From contig NC_057718.1 of assembly GCF_004010195.1 (NCBI RefSeq), positions 20,861,664-20,925,663 on the forward strand: a DNA stretch of 64,000 bases. The letters run 5' to 3'. Position numbers and translations under genes: made by a program. The notes under the pieces are model-generated. The model ran no database searches. It saw only the letters and a program-made list of their open reading frames with translations, and was not told the origin of the DNA. Within the stretch, counting starts at the first letter, position 1. Every line of letters starts with the position of its first letter. Origin of the DNA: Chiloscyllium plagiosum. Its lineage: Eukaryota. This document shows, one piece after another, positions 49,801 to 62,909 of this stretch.

Positions 49801-52800
49801 GATTATCAACGTTCTATGCTGTTATATTAAATATCCTGAATTTCTATGTCAAGATGTGGTTCAGAAGAATAAGGCATTATAAAATAACATTGAAAATGAA
49901 CGTGACCTACTGTTTCAGACAACTAACACAGAAGAAATACTAATGCTTGTTACTCATTGTACACTTGTGAATATTGACATAAATGCAGGCCTTGTCAGCC
50001 ATGTCCACAATCCATTTTTAAACTTACATTTATATTGCACCTTTTAGTTTATTAAAATATCGCAAGCAGCTTTACAGCAATGTAATTAGTCAAAATAAAT
50101 TAACACCAAGCAAGGAAACAGGAGTATAAGATTATGAGCATCAAGCAGCTGAAAGTAGAAAGCAGGGTTACAAAAGTCAGAAATCTCTGCAGCATTAATC
50201 AAAAGATTGAAGGTGGTAACAGGAGATAGTTGAGGATTTGGAGAGATTTGACCATAAGGTGTCATCAGTGTATATGTGAAATCTGGTGTTTTTAGAGTCT
50301 TCAAGGAGCAATGTATATAGAACATAGAACATAGAAGAATACAGCGCAATACAGGCCCTTCGGCCCTCGATGTTGCGCCGATCCAAGCCCACCTAACCTA
50401 CACTAGCCCACTATCCTCCATATGCCTATCCAATGCCCGCTTAAATGCCCATAATGAGGGAGAGTCCACCACTGCTACTGGCAGAGCATTCCATGAACTC
50501 ACGACTCGCTGAATAAAGAACCTACCCCTAACATCTGTCCTATAACTACCCCCCCTTAATTTAAAGCTATGCCCCCTCATAATAGCTGACTCCATACGTG
50601 GAAAAAGATTCTCACTGTCGACCCTATCTAAACCCCTAATCATCTTGTACACAGAAATTGGTGAGCTCTTGCTGGGATTTCATGTCCTCTGGTTACAGAT
50701 TCTCCCAAACGTGAAATAAAAAGCAGGGACAAAGGTAATTATTGCAGATGACATGAAAATTGGTGGAGTTTGGGTGAGTGTGCAAGAATATCTAGGTTGC
50801 AGGAGGTTACAGATTAGTTGGAAAGATGTGCAGAGAAATGACGAATTGAGTTTAACCTGGACATGTGTCAGATTATGGAGTTTAGGATGGCAAATTCAAG
50901 AAAAAATAGGATACTGAGGGACATTTATGTACAGAATTATCTTGGTGCAAGTCAGTAATTCCCTGAAAATGGCAACAGAAGTGTTCCAGATGGGAAAGAA
51001 AGCAAATGGAACNNNNNNNNNNNNNNNNNNNNNNNNNNNNNNNNNNNNNNNNNNNNNNNNNNNNNNNNNNNNNNNNNNNNNNNNNNNNNNNNNNNNNNNN
51101 NNNNNNNNNNNNNNNNNNNNNNNNNNNNNNNNNNNNNNNNNNNNNNNNNNNNNNNNNNNNNNNNNNNNNNNNNNNNNNNNNNNNNNNNNNNNNNNNNNNN
51201 NNNNNNNNNNNNNNNNNNNNNNNNNNNNNNNNNNNNNNNNNNNNNNNNNNNNNNNNNNNNNNNNNNNNNNNNNNNNNNNNNNNNNNNNNNNNNNNNNNNN
51301 NNNNNNNNNNNNNNNNNNNNNNNNNNNNNNNNNNNNNNNNNNNNNNNNNNNNNNNNNNNNNNNNNNNNNNNNNNNNNNNNNNNNNNNNNNNNNNNNNNNN
51401 NNNNNNNNNNNNNNNNNNNNNNNNNNNNNNNNNNNNNNNNNNNNNNNNNNNNNNNNNNNNNNNNNNNNNNNNNNNNNNNNNNNNNNNNNNNNNNNNNNNN
51501 NNNNNNNNNNNNNNNNNNNNNNNNNNNNNNNNNNNNNNNNNNNNNNNNNNNNNNNNNNNNNNNNNNNNNNNNNNNNNNNNNNNNNNNNNNNNNNNNNNNN
51601 NATTTGTAAATACTGAAGAAAAGTACTCATTCAAGACTTCTCCTATCTCTTCAGCCTCCACACGCAACTTCCCACTTCTATCCTTGACTGGACCTATTCC
51701 TACCCTAGTCATTCTTTTATTCCTGTCATACCTATAGAAAGCCTTAGGGTTTTCCCTAATCCTACCAACTAAGGACTTTTCATGTCCCCTCCTTGCTGCT
51801 CTTAGCTCTCTCTTCAGGTCCTTCCTGGCTACCTTATAACTCTCAATCGCCCCAATTGAACCTTCACGCCTCATCTTTACATAGGCCGCCCTCTTCCATT
51901 TAACAAGGGATTCAAATTCCTTATTAGACCACGGCTCCCTCACACGACCCTTTCCTCCCTGCCTGAAATAAATAGAGTGGAGGGTTTTTATAGTGGTGGT
52001 GTCCCTACCACTGAGCTAGGAGATCTGGGTTCAAGTCCCACCTGCTCCAGAGCTGTGGAATATTGTCTCTGAACAGGTTGCTTAGAAGATATGAAAATGT
52101 AAGGTGGGAGCAGAGATAGATCCTACTAAGACACCAGAGTCATAGAGATGTACAGCACGAAAACAGACCCTTTGGTTAAACCCATCCATGATGACCAGAT
52201 TCTCTAATTTAATCTAGTCTCATTGTCTATTCTATTCATGCCCCTCATGATTTTATAAAGATCTCTGAGGTCACCCCTCAGCCTACGACGCTCCAGGGAA
52301 AAAAAGGAGTGCATGAATGAACGGGAAGACAAGCCATTACAGGATATTTTCTAGTTAGAACTGGATAGATAAGAATGGAACAAAATTAGGGCAGTCACAG
52401 GAAGCTGCACAGGAGGGAGAAACTACAAAGCGGAGTGATCATAGTGTTTTTAGTGACATCCCACCATTCCTTGTAAAGCACTCCAACATGTTACTTTTGA
52501 GAAGAAATACATTAATGTATGTGTTATTGTATCAATCCCCATCAGGTACACAGAATGACAATTTTAGAAGCAAATGTCTTACCTGTGGAAAAATATTTCA
52601 TCCACTGGGATCTGGCTCTCTTCACATTCAATAAACTTCTGACTATTCACTGTAAACGTTATAAACCAAATCAATGTTAAGAAGTCTGTTAAGTCCCATT
52701 TTAGATTTAATCCTATGAAGTAAGGATTTAAGTTTTATATTAAAAGAGGACTCATTTGCCATCTTTGAATGAAGTATGATTTAAAGAGGTAGCAATGAAT

Positions 52801-55800
52801 TTAAAGATGTGACAATAGATGAAATATTAGATTGCAAATCTGCTTACTCAATGCAGAACCATATTTAACCCATAAGATTTGCTTAAATTCATCTTAGTTC
52901 AATTAGGTAGCTGACTATATTTTCTACATTATTTTGTTGAATTCCAAAGTACTTCCAAACATCTCATTAATTTTCTCCATAAGCAAGTATGACAAACCCT
53001 AACTTATAAACAAAAATCTACAAGTCACTATTGAAAAATATGATTCAGCAGGAGTTATGAAAGTATTACTGATAGGACTTGATTGTGATCTTCAACAAAT
53101 ACTTTTCCATGCTCTTTCCTCATGTCCACAATTCACCAAACCCACAGTTAAAGTACTGTGAATAATGTTCTCTTCCTAATGGTGGGGAAATTTCAACCAT
53201 CTTCTGCCACCATACATAAATCGTCATTTTTTATATTCCACAGCTATGATCAGCTAACTCAGTACAGACCAGTGACTTCTTTGATCTGTATCACTCAATA
53301 TCACATCATAGTGCACGTAACTAACAAGTTTTGGGAAGGCTAGTTGTGAATTCAATAATAGCAACAAGATTTAATTAATAGAAAACATTGGAACCCATTC
53401 CAAACCTGAACTATAATACATGGTTTATACAATCATGATTGTGTAAAGTCTTTGAATAGATATAGCTGTCATAGGAAAATAAATATACATTTTCAAAATG
53501 CAGAAACCCAAACATGGTTAAAGCAAAATTAATCACTGTATTCCAAAGCTGGATATCCTGTTGGTTCATTAATTACCTGGCAGGTTACGCACATCATTCA
53601 ACAGAAGTTTCCTTTTCGGCTGCATCACTACACTGTCAGTGTTTTCTACAAAACAAAGATGACATTTTGTCAAAAGACTAATCCATGTCAAAGAATGTTA
53701 TTAAATGTACATATGAAAAGGAAAAAGCCAATGAGGTTACATTCTATACCACCCTGGTGTATCTAATGTGCATAATAATCCACAACCTTGCCTACTATTG
53801 CATATGAAGAAAGTGAGATCTGCAGATGCTGGAGATAACAGTTAAGAGTGGGGTGATGGAAAACAACAGGTCAGGCAGCATCCGAGGAGAAGGAGAATCA
53901 ACGTTTCAGGCTTTGGCCCTTCATCAGGAATACACTATACTGCATATACATTATCCAGACTATAGAACATCTCCTATAGAACATCTCCATTATTTTCCAA
54001 CATTCATTATCTTGTTATTTTACATATATAATGTCAATAATAATTTTATCCATACTCAGATAACCACAGACAAACAAATTGGCTACTGGACATATTTCCA
54101 TTCAATGTATAGAAGAGTAATTACACAGGCTGAGGCTAATAGACAAGTCATGTTTGTGCCAGCTCTCAGCAAGAGTAATTATGCTTGACTTCCAAGATAC
54201 CTGAAGAGAAACATAGGAAATAGTCACATTTGGGTCTACTGCCCTTTATCTTAGCAACGGAACTTAATGTCCATATTACAGAAGATTAACAAAACATTGT
54301 TTTCACACAGAAGAATCATGTTTATATACTGCTTTTCACACCACAATGTCTCAAAACAATGATAATGACTACAAAAACTTGAGTTTTTTTTGTACTGTCA
54401 CTTGAGGGATATCGGCTAGAACACCAGCAATAACCCCCCTTAATCATCTTCAAGACACTGCCACGCAATTATTTACATGCAGTAGAGCAGGCAGATGGGG
54501 CCTCAAGCTTGATGTTTCATCCAAACAATGGCACCTCCAATACTGCTATGCTCTCTCAGTATTGCACACGAGTATCAATCTTGATTTTCCTTTTTTTGCT
54601 CAGATCTTGAAGTAGGACTGGAATCCAGAACCTTGTGAGTGACTCAGAGGAAAGCATGCTACCAACGACACCACAGTTAACACATAACTAGATTCAAATC
54701 CAATAATGTATGTTTTGCTCGAGAAAATGAAATCAAAAGCAATTATAGCAATCACAACACTTTAGGATCTAAGTCTCAAAAGCCAAAAGCACTGGCTTAA
54801 TCACTATGCTTCATCTTTTGTGCACATATATTCATTTATAAATTAAACAAAAAAATCTCATGTTCATTTGATTATTAAAAAATGAAAAACCATCCTCGTG
54901 TTGCGCAACATTCATAATCGGGGGTGGGGTGGGGATTTACTGGTCTTTTTCTGAATCAACAAATTAAGATTAAGGATTTCTATTCTACATGTATTTTGTG
55001 AATGTACAAATCAACAATTCATGATTTTCCTGCCAATGCTGAGTGAGGTCAACTCTCTCAAATAAATTACAGACCAAAAATATGTTGGTTCCTCTATTTT
55101 AATTACTACCACTGTCTTTGAAGAGCTGGGAGTCACACCTTAAATGATGAACTGATGTATGTCTTGGTTTAGTAAATGCCTCTTTCAATAAAAATTGGCA
55201 TCATTTTTTAATGTCATCCCAGATCAAACAACACAAAGACACAATATTCCATTTTATTAATTTATGAGTGATGGGCTGTTTTACAATGAGACTTTAAATA
55301 TAAGCTGAAATGGGGCAGAGTTTTATTCTTGTTTGTTCTACGATCTTTTAAGTTGAAATACATTGGACACTGAATGACTTTCTACATTCTTAAGACTGTA
55401 GATTAGAACTTTAACTGAAACTGATCAGATTTAATCAGAATTGTAGATTAAATTGATTTTAAAAATTATACAGTACAAATACTGATAGCAGTCTGAATAT
55501 GTATTTTGTCTTATGGGTATTTTGTATGATTTAAAAATACAGGCTTATTTCCACAATTCATTCTGTTTCATCAACACGAATCCGCTATAACACAACTGAC
55601 CAATTGGGGACACTTTCTACACTGCAAACTTTTAAAATGGGTTTTGGCTGTAACGCGATTACAGCACCAACACTTTTAAGCGCTGTTTCTAAAGCACAAT
55701 TTTTCTATAGCGCAGGGTTGCATAAGAAAGCAACCATCACGTTATGGTAGAACTGACTGTATTTTGTAAAGTGTACGATCACAGATTTGTAGTAACTAAT

Positions 55801-58800
55801 GGGCTCCAACAAAAAAATTAGAATAGATTTACCAATACTTATACAAAACAGAAGAAGTGCACTACCACTGAAAGGAAATGCACATATCCATTATTACTAC
55901 TATATATACAAATTGGCATAGAATACTCAATTTTTGATGCTTACTATTTGATCTGATTTTGACAGTTTATTTTAGGTCTTTTTTTCCCAATTGTAGCTTT
56001 CATTCCAGATGTTGAACGAACATTGCATTATATGTCACAATCTTTGAATCACACATTTGAGGGATTTTTCTTTCAGAAAATACTCTCAGAATAACATGGG
56101 AGATGTATAAATTTTGCAATGACGTATGAAATGCTAGGTTTTTAAAAATAAACAATAACAAAGATAGAGCTTACCTTTGCCTTTGTGTTGTTTTGGATTT
56201 CTGTACACAAAACGATCAAGAAATCTCATTAATGTAAAGTCCTGTAGAGGGTCCCCAGGATACTGGATGTGGTCACCCTACCAGAAACCATACAGACAAC
56301 AAGTTTACTTTTACCAACTCACAACAGATACCACTTTTCTAAATCCAATGAAGTTTTTAAAGTAACAAGTAGGCGATTTTCATAAAACTTGGTTTAAAGT
56401 TAAAACTGACACCTGATAAAGTATAATTTACAAAGAGGTTCAAGGAAGAAAAGATCTAATATTTCTATACAAATCTGTGGGAAAGGAAAAATGGAGAAAT
56501 TACAATTGCTAGTAATGCTTTTGGACTAGACAGGACACATTTTCCAAAACTCTTATTCCTTGCTGCTATCCAGTGATCTTGAACTAGACTACAGGATGAT
56601 GCCCTGCAGGATATAATAACTTGCCAATACCCAGATAATAATAGTCTTTTGGGAATTCAGCAACAGCTTCGTCAACCTATGATACTGTACCTCAAAGTAA
56701 AAATAAAATTGAAGTGAAGAAATATTGATGTGACAAATCAGCCCAATGTAATTTTGAAATAAAATTCCTAATTTAAAACTAAGTCACTCAATAACAAATT
56801 TGTTGGCACAAAGGTGGAAAAAGATACAAGGAAAACCATAAACTTCACAAGAGATTTATCTGTCTTACCTGCAGGATAGTTGTTGCAAAGAGTGTCACAG
56901 ATGGGTGGAAATGTTCACTTAGCTGGGAAATAACACCAAAGAAAAATAAATGTTAGTACAAACTTTACATAGATCTTGAAAACATTTTACTGTTCATGCA
57001 CATTTAGAATCAGCTTTCCCAACTTTAAATAAAACACATTTATAATTCCCACAAGGAGAAACAAACTTTTTGTATCTAGCCGGTCAATTTCCCCAAGGTG
57101 CTTGTATGTTTCAATAAGGTCATCTCTCATTCTAAATTCCAATGAATACAGGACCAATCTACACAACCTCTCACAAGAAAGGCCCTCTATACCTGGTGTC
57201 AGCCTAGTGAAACCTTTCTGGACTACCTCCAATGACAGTATATATTTCCTTGGGTAAGGGGGCCCAAAGCTGTTCACAATATTCAAGCAAGATCTGACTA
57301 ATGACTTTGGTAGTTTTAGCAAAACGTTTATACTCCATTCCCACTGAAATAAAGGGCACACTCCATTTGCCTTCACTATTATCTGCTGAACTTGAGTGGT
57401 AGCATTTTGAGATTCATGAACAAGGACTCCCAAATCCCTGTGTCACAGCTTGCTGCAGACTTTCTCCATTTAAATAATATTCAGCTCCTCTATTCTTCCT
57501 ACTAAAGTTCACAACCTCACATTTTATCTGCCAAGTTTTTAGCTTTTCTATATCCTTCTGCAGATTGTGTCATCCTCACCACTTGCCTTCCCACCTATTT
57601 TTGTGTCACTGAAAACTTGGCAACAGTCTGTTCATTTTTCTCATCAAAGTCATGAATATATTTTGTAAATAATTATGGCCCCAACATTGATCCCTGCAGC
57701 ACACCATCAGTTACAGTTTGACATCCTGAAATGCCCTTAACTGAGGTCTCTTTTTTTTTATATAGATATTTTTATTAGAAATTTAACATTTTTACAAGTT
57801 TACAAAAATAAACAAAACTCTCAAACATTGATATACAATTAAATCTTAAATATATAATAGCCAAAATTTAACAAAAGAAAAATACTGAGAAAGAAAACAA
57901 AACTCAACTAACTACTAATCTAACCTACAACTAACCAGAGTGTATATTTAAGTCTCTTACATTATTCAAATAAGAGAAAGAGGAAAAAAAAAACGGATAA
58001 CATAGAAATTGGGTAGTGAGATACATGCTCGAAATGTGTTAACATCAAATGTAACAAAACCCGTATTTGTGCGGGATTCCTCTCCTAAGTTGTCCCGGAC
58101 CAGCCAGGTTCGTAATCTCAATTAAATAAAAGCCCTTGTTAGGATAGCCGAAATATCTGTATTCATATAATTCAAGAAGGGCTTCCATATTTTAGAAAAT
58201 AATTCGGTCTTTCGGTGCACCATATTTGTAAGGAAGTCAAGGGGAACACATTCCATAATTAATCTGTGCCAATTTGAAAGTCCAGGAGGGCCCTCAGCCA
58301 CTCAGTTTACCAAAATATTTTTCCTTGCACAGAAAGAGAGAATAGAAAATAGTCTCTTCCCGTGCATGTCCAGGGAGGGAAAGTTTGAAAAGCCCAAAAG
58401 GAGAGATACAGGGTCCACTTTAATTTCCGTTCCTAAAGTTTCTGTCAGGGTACTTGCTACTTTAGTCCAGTATCTACGGATCTTATGACAGGTCCATATA
58501 GGATTTTGAAAGGGAAATTCTTCCAAACAAAAATAACAACTCCCCTACTTTTTGAGCTAAATGAAGAAAAAAAGGCCTGATCGAATCCACCCTGTCGTAA
58601 TTTCAAGTGTTCTTTATCCAACAGGTGTGTCTCCTGTAGGAGAGCTATATCAACTCTTTCTTTCTTAAGATTTGATAATATTTTCTTCCTTTTGACTGGC
58701 GAATTACTCCCCTTGACATTCCAGGTGCACCACTTAACCAACTGATCAACCATAATCAACCGGGCAAATCCGAGACCCCTCGGGAGGGGAAACCCTATCC

Positions 58801-61800
58801 AAAACATCCCGAACATAGAGTATAAAAGGCTCTCTAATACATTCACAAGAGTATAATAAAAAACTATTTCTAAAAAATAAAAAAAAACGTATTTAAATGA
58901 GATTTTCCCCCTTGTTCCCAAGGGGTGTCACTTCCTTTCCAGAGGTCCATCGTATCCTCTCCCAACCAAGCCCCACCTTTGACCCAGGCGCTCCTCAATA
59001 GGATGAGGAGAATTCAGATATAATACAAAGCTAGAGTTAACAGTGAGCACCCTACCCCCACCCACACCAACATCTGGATATATTTGGTAATGTTAATACC
59101 ATGTATAAACATATATAACTATAAAATTACAACCTCAACAAATAATAATTAAATATAATAATACAAAATAACAAGGGAAAACAACCCCGCTCCTAGAGAC
59201 AGAGATAAAATAAAATAAGGTAACCACCTCCCCCCGCCAACATTAACTAAACCCCCCGGCTTATACACACATACATATATATATACACACCCACATACGT
59301 ACATAGAATAATTTAAAAAAACCCAAGGGGGGAGAAAATCGTTAAATAGAGAACAAATAAATAAATCCCTCTCCCCATCCCCCAAGATAATATTAAACAG
59401 TAAGGTAAGAAAAAAGAAAAAGGGGGGGATATAAACCGGAGCGGGGGAAAGGCAAACCAACATTCATTATCTCTTAGATAAATTGTAAGAGAATCCAAAA
59501 ATTCCTTAGCCTTTTCTGGCGATCCAAAAGTTATACACGGATCCTTCATGGTTAAAGCGTAGCGTCGCTGGGTAGCGTAAGGAGAACTGAATATTTAAGT
59601 CCCTTAAACACTTCTTCACCTCATCGAATGCCTTCCTCTTTCGGACCAGAGCTGGGGAAAAGTCTTGGAATAACATGATCTTGGATCCTTTATAGATCAT
59701 GGCTTGGGAATCTTTTCCAAGATTGCTAGAGGCCTCTAGGAGTATCTGCCTCTCCATATACCTCTGCAGCCGTAACAGGACCAGGCGGGGACGCTGGTTC
59801 GAGCCGGGCCCGCGTATTGTGACCCGTTAGGCCCTTTCTACCCTTACCTGGCCTTATCCAGCCTCCAGATTTAAAAGCTGTGGCAGCCACTGCTCGAGAA
59901 ACGCTGTAAGGTTGCCTTCCTTTTCCCGTTCGGGAAGGCCCAGCAAACAAATATTTTTTCGACGACCTCGATTATCGAGGTCAATGTGGTTCTCTAAGGT
60001 CTGGACTCGCTGTTCGAGAGTCCAGACCCGATCCACGGCCGATTGCACTGTAGTTTCGGAGGTCGCGGCCTTTAGCTCCGCCCCTCCGACTCGGCGCTCA
60101 ATTTCTTTAATGTCTCGGTCGTACTTTTGCAGCACGGCTGAGAGTGAGTCCCATTGACTTCGGGATTCTTCAATGAAAGCATCGATCTTCGCATCCAGTT
60201 TAGAGATAATTTCCACGAGGCTCGCCACTGTAAGTAAGTCCCCAGGGGTGGCTATGGACGCCTCTGCTGCAGGTGGAGAGTGTGGGGGAGGGGTTCCTGC
60301 TTGCTGAGAGCTGCAGGCTCCCTTCCCTTTAGTCATTTTTACTAAAGATTAGATTGTTTAAATTTAATACTAAGCAACTAATTAAATTAAACAGCTATTT
60401 TAAATGATTTGGTGGGGGTGGATGACCCACTTTGCCCAAGTCTTGGGAGGAGCACTGTAGACTCAGACTTGCTGGGTCGCTGCCATCTTGGATCCCCCAT
60501 CGAGGTCTCCGTCTTTTAATGTAGCCAATCCCTCAACTATCCACGATGATATACAACCTGCATTGTAATGGGTTCTCATCTTATTATGTCACCTAATATA
60601 TGGTACTTTATCAAACATCTTCTGAAAATCCAAGTATATTATATCCAATGCTTCCCCCTTATCAAATCATGCTTGTTTCCTCCACAAAGAATTCTAGTAA
60701 AATTTTCAGGCAATATTTTCCCTTAATAAGTAGAGCATGCTTCTCTACTTATGCATTCAGAAATACATAATATGCTCCACTATTACATCCTTCATAACAG
60801 ACTCCAAAATTTTCCCAATAACAGAAGTTAAGATATCTACCTTGAAGTTAGCTATTCTTTATCTCCTTCCTTTTCTAAATAAAGGCGTTAACACTGGCAG
60901 TTTTCCAATTCTCTCGGACTTTTCCAGAATTTAACGATTCTTGGAAGTCAACTACTAGCTCAACCACTATCTCGGTAGCTACTTCCTCTAGTATGCTAGA
61001 ATGCATTCTATCAGTCTTTTAGCCCATTTGTTTCCCTCATACTTTTTCTTCTAGTTGCTATTGTAGTTATTGCCTATCTTTTGCCCGCTTGAATATTTAA
61101 TATTTTTGAATGCTCTAAGGGTCTTCTACTGTGAAGGCTGATCCAAAGTATTTATTCAACTCCTCTGCACATTCCTGTTCCCCCATTAATAGTTCCCTAG
61201 ACTCAGCTTCTAAGGAGCATGTGTTTACTTTGGCTTTTGTTTTCCTTTTTATATAGTTAAAGAAGCACTTTCTGTCCATCTTTCCCATCATTTTCTTTCT
61301 CTTCATTTCATCTTTTGACATTATGGGTAAACTGGAACTGTGTCTGAGGGTTGTCAGCAGTAGATGGAGCAAGGACTTCTGACTTTGGTAGGCCTGGAGC
61401 CTGGACTCTGGAACTAAGTGGGCCATCAGTTGTGGAGGTGCCTGGTGTCAGAGTGGGGCTGTGGGAGGCTCAAAGTAGGGACTCGGGGACTAGTTTGCTG
61501 TAATGGTGCTTGGCAGGCTGTTGGCTGCTGCAGTGGCGGTGTGCGGAAGAGGTCTCCTGGTTTCAGTAGGCCCATAGCGTGGACTCAGGAACTTGCTAGG
61601 ATTTCAGTTGTGGCAGTGGCAGTGCCTGGAGCAGGAATTCCTGGCCTTGGGAGCCTGAATTGTGGACTCAGCTGGCTTTGCACAGAAGTTGCAACTCAAA
61701 TGCGCTTTATTGTGGCAAAAACACTTTATCTTTCCAGATACAGAGGAACCTCAATTATCTGGCATGTGACTAACCGAACAAAATACTCCATGCCAGGGTC

Positions 61801-62498
61801 CTTCAGATAATCAAGGTTCCTCTGTATATGTGACAATAAATAAATAATCTAATTTGATATTATTTGCAAGTTGGTCCTCAAAGTTTATTTTCTCCATTTT
61901 CTTTGGTTGGTGTTTGTTGGCCTTTAAAACTTTTCTAATTCTCTGGCTTATCAATAGCCTTTGCCTACACTACACTAATAGCTATTTGAAGGTCATACAT
62001 ATAGAACAAATCAAACCTCATTCTAAATGTGAAAGAAGCCTAAACTTATTTTTAAGTAAGAGTTCATATTGTAATTACCCTCATGTTAAGTGAACATGTG
62101 GAACCTCATTGTGAAACATCATTTTGTTTAATTACATTTAGAGCATAACATATGGTCTCCCCCTAACCTTTCATCACAAAATTACCGAACAGACATACTG
62201 ACTCAGTTTTATAACTAAAGGTGATCTGAAACTCAAACCGCAAAGACTTGTATTTTGTTGTTGAATAACACAACTGATGCAACTACAATCCTTTTTCATT
62301 AGATATAAATCAAATACTCCAAGCTTAAAAAAAATGTATTTTTTATATAAAAAAAGGACAATACCACTACATGCATAACATGTAATATTTACTCAGTATA
62401 GACATATTTTACCTTCTTCAATTCCCAGAGGCCAGTGCGATCTGCTCCGCAAGAGAGGGGATTTCTGTGGAATGGGTCATAGTTTCCCAGACACTTAT
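43715..62498 (-). CDS. cebpz: CCAAT/enhancer-binding protein zeta (NOC1/MAK21 family), last 12 coding exons; 5' part beyond the right edge
   Basis: Phase-consistent GT-AG exons encoding [59 protein letters not shown]..acidic tract..[26 protein letters not shown], matching recalled CEBPZ. Confidence 0.97.
44163..44244 (-). CDS. cebpz: cebpz exon ([27 protein letters not shown])
   Basis: aatag|..A|gtaagt; conserved peptide. Confidence 0.96.
44533..44591 (-). CDS. cebpz: cebpz exon ([20 protein letters not shown])
   Basis: ttcag|..GAG|gtgag. Confidence 0.9.
44690..45032 (+). mobile_element. CR1 LINE 3' end
   Basis: Same 3'UTR family as 28560-28805. Confidence 0.85.
45197..45280 (-). CDS. cebpz: cebpz exon ([28 protein letters not shown])
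   Basis: tgcag|..G|gtaca; phase 1 to 1. Confidence 0.85.
45705..45889 (-). CDS. cebpz: cebpz acidic exon ([37 protein letters not shown])
   Basis: catag|..GAA G|gtact; DDDEVSLGS motif conserved. Confidence 0.92.
47035..47412. mobile_element. Palindromic non-coding Penelope derivative with a hammerhead motif on each strand
   Basis: Arms ~47066-47183 and ~47298-47412 are reverse complements; cores at 47134-47161 (-) and 47318-47345 (+). Confidence 0.8.
47578..48670. mobile_element. Penelope-like element with inverted terminal segments
   Basis: GIY-YIG remnant (..LYIGETG..DMQVLG) on plus, inverted copy on the left; hammerhead core at 48591-48618. Confidence 0.85.
49166..49226 (-). CDS. cebpz: cebpz exon ([21 protein letters not shown])
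   Basis: ttcag|..AG|gtaag; DFA motif; phase 1 to 2 fits. Confidence 0.9.
49435..49535 (-). CDS. cebpz: cebpz exon ([33 protein letters not shown])
   Basis: ttcag|..G|gtaag; phases fit neighbouring exons. Confidence 0.94.
50318..50650 (-). mobile_element. CR1 LINE 3' end with (ATAGAAC)n tail
   Basis: [40 protein letters not shown] peptide. Confidence 0.9.
51602..51965 (-). mobile_element. CR1 ORF2 fragment next to a gap
   Basis: [36 protein letters not shown] peptide. Confidence 0.88.
52583..52649 (-). CDS. cebpz: cebpz exon ([23 protein letters not shown])
   Basis: tacag|..AG|gtaag; conserved peptide. Confidence 0.95.
53577..53645 (-). CDS. cebpz: cebpz exon ([23 protein letters not shown])
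   Basis: tgtag|..G|gtaat; conserved peptide. Confidence 0.94.
53805..53931 (-). mobile_element. Solo Penelope terminal repeat with intact hammerhead core
   Basis: CTGATGA-a-GGGC-caaa-GCCT-GAAA-CG-TT on the minus strand (53896-53931). Confidence 0.72.
56175..56277 (-). CDS. cebpz: cebpz exon ([34 protein letters not shown])
   Basis: ggtag|..G|gtaag; highly conserved motif. Confidence 0.96.
56869..56922 (-). CDS. cebpz: cebpz exon ([18 protein letters not shown])
   Basis: cccag|..CAG|gtaag; conserved peptide. Confidence 0.95.
57040..61315 (-). mobile_element. Degenerate CR1 LINE, split by the L1 insertion at 57751-60498
   Basis: RT motifs on both sides ([14 protein letters not shown]..; [27 protein letters not shown]). 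Confidence 0.8.
57751..60498 (-). mobile_element. L1-clade LINE with intact 5' end, ORF1, internally deleted ORF2 and poly(A)
   Basis: 5' GGGGGATCCAAGATGGC; ORF1 with [15 protein letters not shown] and FQDFS..RKRKAF..YPATL (frameshifted); APE endonuclease start TWNVKG..LQETHL fused to C-terminal WTC..; A-tail; TSD core GAGGTCTC on both sides. Confidence 0.92.
61741..61824. mobile_element. 84-bp Tc1/mariner-type MITE
   Basis: TIRs CAGAGGAACCT..ATTATCTG / CAGATAAT..AGGTTCCTCTG flanked by TA on both sides. Confidence 0.75.
62413..62498 (-). CDS. cebpz: cebpz exon ([28 protein letters not shown])
   Basis: tttag|..AAG|gtaaa; conserved peptide. Confidence 0.92.
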
Positions 62499-62909
62499 CT
62501 AAAACAAAGAGCAGAGCTTGATAATGCTAGCATAATAGTAATTAATGTCAACAAAGCTTATATTCTCGACTTTTTTAAAAAGGATAATTGCATCAAAATT
62601 TAGACACCAAGTTCAGTATGTAATATTTTAGGATTTATAATTAAAGGCATTCGGTACAAAAGCAAAGAAATTGTGCTATAACTATTTAAATGATTGGTTA
62701 AATGTCTGCTTGATTAGGCCACACCAAGAAGGCAGAGGACACCTCAGTTCAGTGGAGTAAGAAGTTGTGGAAAAGCAGTGTAGCTAGATTGGAAAGATTT
62801 CTTTTTAATAATAAAGTAAAGGGAATGGTAGAGATCTGAAATAAAAAAAACAAAATCCTAAAGAAACTCAGCAACTCATGCTGCACCTACGAAGAGAAAA
62901 ACAGTTCAC

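Noticed and set aside
50882..51943. Long ORFs of 229-353 aa
   Set aside because: Artefacts of translating through the N gap; the flanks are CR1 fragments.
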